Shown piece by piece: positions 60,998 to 64,000 of a DNA stretch of 64,000 bases; the first letter of the stretch is position 1; each line of letters begins with the position of its first letter. The position numbers were made by a program, and so were the translations under genes. The notes beneath the pieces are model-generated. The model did no database searches, was not told the origin of the DNA, and saw nothing but the letters and a program-made list of their open reading frames with translations. The DNA is taken from the sequence record DRR723986_18836. One strand, given 5' to 3'.

Positions 60998-61672
60998 TTG
61001 AAGCGTAAAATAATTACCACATCAGACGGTTCAAAAACTATTCAAATTGAGGATTGGAATGAACAATATCATTCCATTCATGGAGCAATAAACGAAGCAA
61101 ACCATGTATTTATAAAACATGGTTTGCTTTTTTATTTAGGGAATGAGTGTATTTCTAAAACTATCAATATTCTCGAAATCGGTTTTGGTACAGGACTAAA
61201 TGCCTTTTTAACTTTACTTGAAGCCGAAAGACTAAAACAAAAAATTAATTATGTTGGTGTTGAAGCATATCCGGTTAAAACTGATGAAATCGATCAGCTC
61301 AACTATGTGGAATTAATTTCTGAAATGCATAAGTTAGAATTTGATAAGATCCATAAATCTTCATGGAATAAACCTTTTGATATTACATCTCATTTTCAAT
61401 TAGAAAAACAAGAAAAGTTTTTTAAAGAAATAAATGTCAATGAAGAATTTGATATAATTTATTTTGATGCCTTTGGAGCTCGTGTACAACCAGAACTATG
61501 GACAGAAGATATTTTTGAACTAATGTACAAAGCACTTATTTTAAATGGAGTCTTAGTCACCTATTCTGCTAAAGGAAGTGTTAGACGCGCAATGCAAAGT
61601 GTTGGTTTTGAAGTTGAGCGACTTCCAGGTCCGCCAGGTAAACGCGAAATGCTGCGCGCCATTAAACGTTAA
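60998..61672 (+). CDS. mnmD: tRNA mnm5s2U34 methyltransferase
   Basis: YHS.HGA..EA.HVF, EIGFGTGLN, YFDAF, GPPGKREM. Confidence 0.92.
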   Translation: MKRKIITTSDGSKTIQIEDWNEQYHSIHGAINEANHVFIKHGLLFYLGNECISKTINILEIGFGTGLNAFLTLLEAERLKQKINYVGVEAYPVKTDEIDQLNYVELISEMHKLEFDKIHKSSWNKPFDITSHFQLEKQEKFFKEINVNEEFDIIYFDAFGARVQPELWTEDIFELMYKALILNGVLVTYSAKGSVRRAMQSVGFEVERLPGPPGKREMLRAIKR

Positions 61673-61733
61673 AACCAAATTAAAGTCTATTTTAACGGAT
61701 TGTCCGTTTCGTATCTTTGTAAAAAAGGAGAAA

Positions 61734-62642
61734 ATGACGGTTTTAATTACAGGAGCGACAGGATTAATAGGACAGGAAATAGTAAAACAATGTCATGATG
61801 AGGGCATTAAAGTACATTATCTCACAACGTCAAAATCTAAATTAAGTGCAGAAGATAATTACAAAGGATTTTATTGGAATCCGGATAATAATGAGATTGA
61901 TCACAATTGTCTTAAAGGTGTATCCGCAATTATTAATATGGTAGGAGCATCTATTTCGAGTCGCTGGACCGATGACTATAAAAGGGTAATTCTAGAAAGC
62001 CGTACAAAAACAGCACAATTGTTACAAGACACTATTAGGGCTAATAATTATGAGGTTGAGTATGTAGTTTCTGCAAGCGCTATTGGAATATATCCTACGA
62101 GTCTCACTAATTATTATGAAGAAACTTTTTCTGAAGTGTCTAACTCTTTTTTAGGAGAGGTTGTTGAAAAATGGGAGGCTGCAATTGACGGATTTAAACA
62201 GTTAGGATCTAAAGTAGCTAAGATTAGAATAGGTCTTGTTTTAGCAAAAGATGGAGGTGCATTACCAGAAATAGTAAAACCTATAAAATATGGTGCAGGA
62301 GCAGCATTTGGGAATGGTGAACAATGGCAAAGCTGGATTCATGTTCATGATTTAGCAGGTATTTTTCTTTATGCATTAAAATATAAACTAGAGGGTATTT
62401 ATAATGGAGTAGCGCCAAATCCTGTTAGTAATAAAGAACTAACTAAAATGGCAGCAAACGTTTTACAGCGACCATTATTATTACCAAACATACCAAAATT
62501 TGCAATGAAATTAGTGTTAGGTGAGATGCATATTCTACTTTTTGAAAGTCAACGCGTGAGCTCACAGAAAATTGAGAGTAAAGGTTATAATTTTACGTAT
62601 TCTAACTTAAGACCGTCGCTAGAAAACCTATTACTTAAATAG
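61734..62642 (+). CDS. TIGR01777 family oxidoreductase
   Basis: ITGATGLIG, SASAIG.Y, G.GEQWQSWIH; start set at MTVLITG. Confidence 0.93.
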   Translation: MTVLITGATGLIGQEIVKQCHDEGIKVHYLTTSKSKLSAEDNYKGFYWNPDNNEIDHNCLKGVSAIINMVGASISSRWTDDYKRVILESRTKTAQLLQDTIRANNYEVEYVVSASAIGIYPTSLTNYYEETFSEVSNSFLGEVVEKWEAAIDGFKQLGSKVAKIRIGLVLAKDGGALPEIVKPIKYGAGAAFGNGEQWQSWIHVHDLAGIFLYALKYKLEGIYNGVAPNPVSNKELTKMAANVLQRPLLLPNIPKFAMKLVLGEMHILLFESQRVSSQKIESKGYNFTYSNLRPSLENLLLK

Positions 62643-62699
62643 GGTTTTTTAATCAACATTAAAAAGTATATTACCGTAAAAAATAACTTGGTTCTGGCA

Positions 62700-63497
62700 C
62701 TAACAACCTAATACTCCAAAGGAAATAGTTAGCATTTGATCTACTTTTTCACCATTATTATTTTCTGCTGGTATCCAAGAACCAGCGGTATTAGAAATGA
62801 GTTCTAGTAGCTTATCGTCTACATTAGGATAACCAGAGGAATTATCTGTTTTAGCACTCTTAATTGTGCCATTTTCAGTAACAATAAAACTAATGTTTGC
62901 TGGTTTTAATTTGTCATTATCTATGTTAATTCTTGCTGATTTACTATTGTCATCAAGATAAGAAATTAGTGATTTCTTGCCATCTAAAAATTCAGCTTGC
63001 TTTTCTGGAACAACACTAATATAAGGTGTCCAAGTGCTGTTTTGCAGTTCACCATCTTCAAAACTTCTCTCTCTGTAATCAGATCAAATCAATAAATTAG
63101 TTGCATAGTCAGCAGATTGTAATAGTTTGATTTGAGCGTCATTAAAATCACCACCTTTTCCGTTTTCTCTTATGTCTGTTTTTTCGGTTCCATCTAGTAA
63201 AATTACATTTAATGAATAGTATTTTACTATTCTGTCAGCATGTTCTTCTGCAATAAAATCACGGAAGGATTTTACCTTATTTAATTCAGACTTTTTTATT
63301 GGATTAAATCTCGGAGCGACATCAAAGATGAAATCAGAATTTATATGCTTCTTTATAATTACAGGTAATTCCGTATTACTCGCTAAATCTTGATTTTCTA
63401 ATACAGTTTCCTCGTTTTTTTGAGCATCATTATTATTACATGTATAGAAACAAATAAAGAATAATAATCCACTAAGTGCTATAATATGCTTTTTCAT
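62700..63497 (-). pseudogene. Lipoprotein with TonB C-terminal-like domain, nonsense codon
   Basis: TGA at 63084-63086; frame continues 127 more sense codons (F.VTENG.I, SSGY..VD, W.PAEN..GEKV) to TAG at 62700-62702. Confidence 0.8.
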
Positions 63498-63611
63498 AAC
63501 TATTTATTATTTAAGTTCAACATTATCAAATGTATCGCTCTATTTGGGTTTTGCAGCTATAAAAAATGTAAAAAAAGTGTCAATTCTTTGTAAACACCTA
63601 GGTTAGGAGAG

Positions 63612-63998
63612 TTACCTTAAATATATATTGGTAACTAATTGAGCCACTGTTGGATGGTCATTACCACCAGCAGATTCTATAGTAATATTTAAGGATTCGG
63701 CATGGTCAATGTAATTCATTGCCATAAGGTTTTTATTTTTTGAAATAACGCCCATGTTTATCATTTCACCTTCAACATCTGCCCACATTTGGTAATCATG
63801 AGCTTTATCTAATTCAGGTAATCGCTCTGTATTAATCACAACAGATTTTGTTTTATGATTTACATAACTTATAACTTTACCATTTGGGAGTAAGCTATTA
63901 CCTTTAAGAATGTACTGCTCTGTGTCAGGATCTGTAATAGCAGCGTACAATTCTTTTTTAGTGCTTAATTCTTGGTTTAGAGTTTCTATAGTAGAGTT
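63612..63998 (-). CDS. Anti-sigma factor (RskA-like), C-terminal part
   Basis: LP.L...HDYQMWA, NMGVI, ITIE.AGG..HPT; frame open to the window edge. Confidence 0.85.
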   Translation of the reverse strand, partial: NSTIETLNQELSTKKELYAAITDPDTEQYILKGNSLLPNGKVISYVNHKTKSVVINTERLPELDKAHDYQMWADVEGEMINMGVISKNKNLMAMNYIDHAESLNITIESAGGNDHPTVAQLVTNIYLR

Positions 63999-64000
63999 TA

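Noticed and set aside
42736..63086. TGA-to-Trp recoding suggested by two in-frame TGAs
   Set aside because: TGA is the natural stop of the DUF4293 gene (7097-7099), Trp is TGG throughout core genes, and other broken genes have TAA/TAG stops or frameshifts.

Overview
AT-rich chromosomal segment from a marine-type Flavobacteriaceae (Bacteroidota), judged from TAnnTTTG promoters, T9SS C-terminal domains and typical gene neighbourhoods. Most of it is core genome: proS, tRNA-Glu, rpsT, rho, truA, cdaA/folP, tpiA, prmA, clpS, a sulfur-handling cluster (persulfide dioxygenase-rhodanese, YeeE pair, Crp/Fnr), tRNA-Arg, divergent type II and type III glutamine synthetases, purM, prfA, pyrF, purU, icmF, crcB, DPP III, ilvE and mnmD. 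Three things stand out. (1) Gene decay is concentrated in accessory genes. About ten carry nonsense codons, frameshifts, internal deletions or gene-fusing deletions, and PurU has lost a catalytic His, while the long housekeeping genes are intact. (2) A ~1.6 kb integrase-less islet lies just downstream of tRNA-Arg. It holds orphan ORFs, a GC-rich structured leader, a G-tract motif and a repeat-hairpin-repeat module. (3) Several small elements are missing from the ORF track: a 16-aa hydrophobic ORF with its own promoter, a 45-aa secreted-type ORF behind regulator-like boxes, a 57-aa small protein and a candidate ~85-nt sRNA. No CRISPR array, rRNA or intact transposase/integrase was seen. Family assignments come from motif recognition only; no database searches were run.
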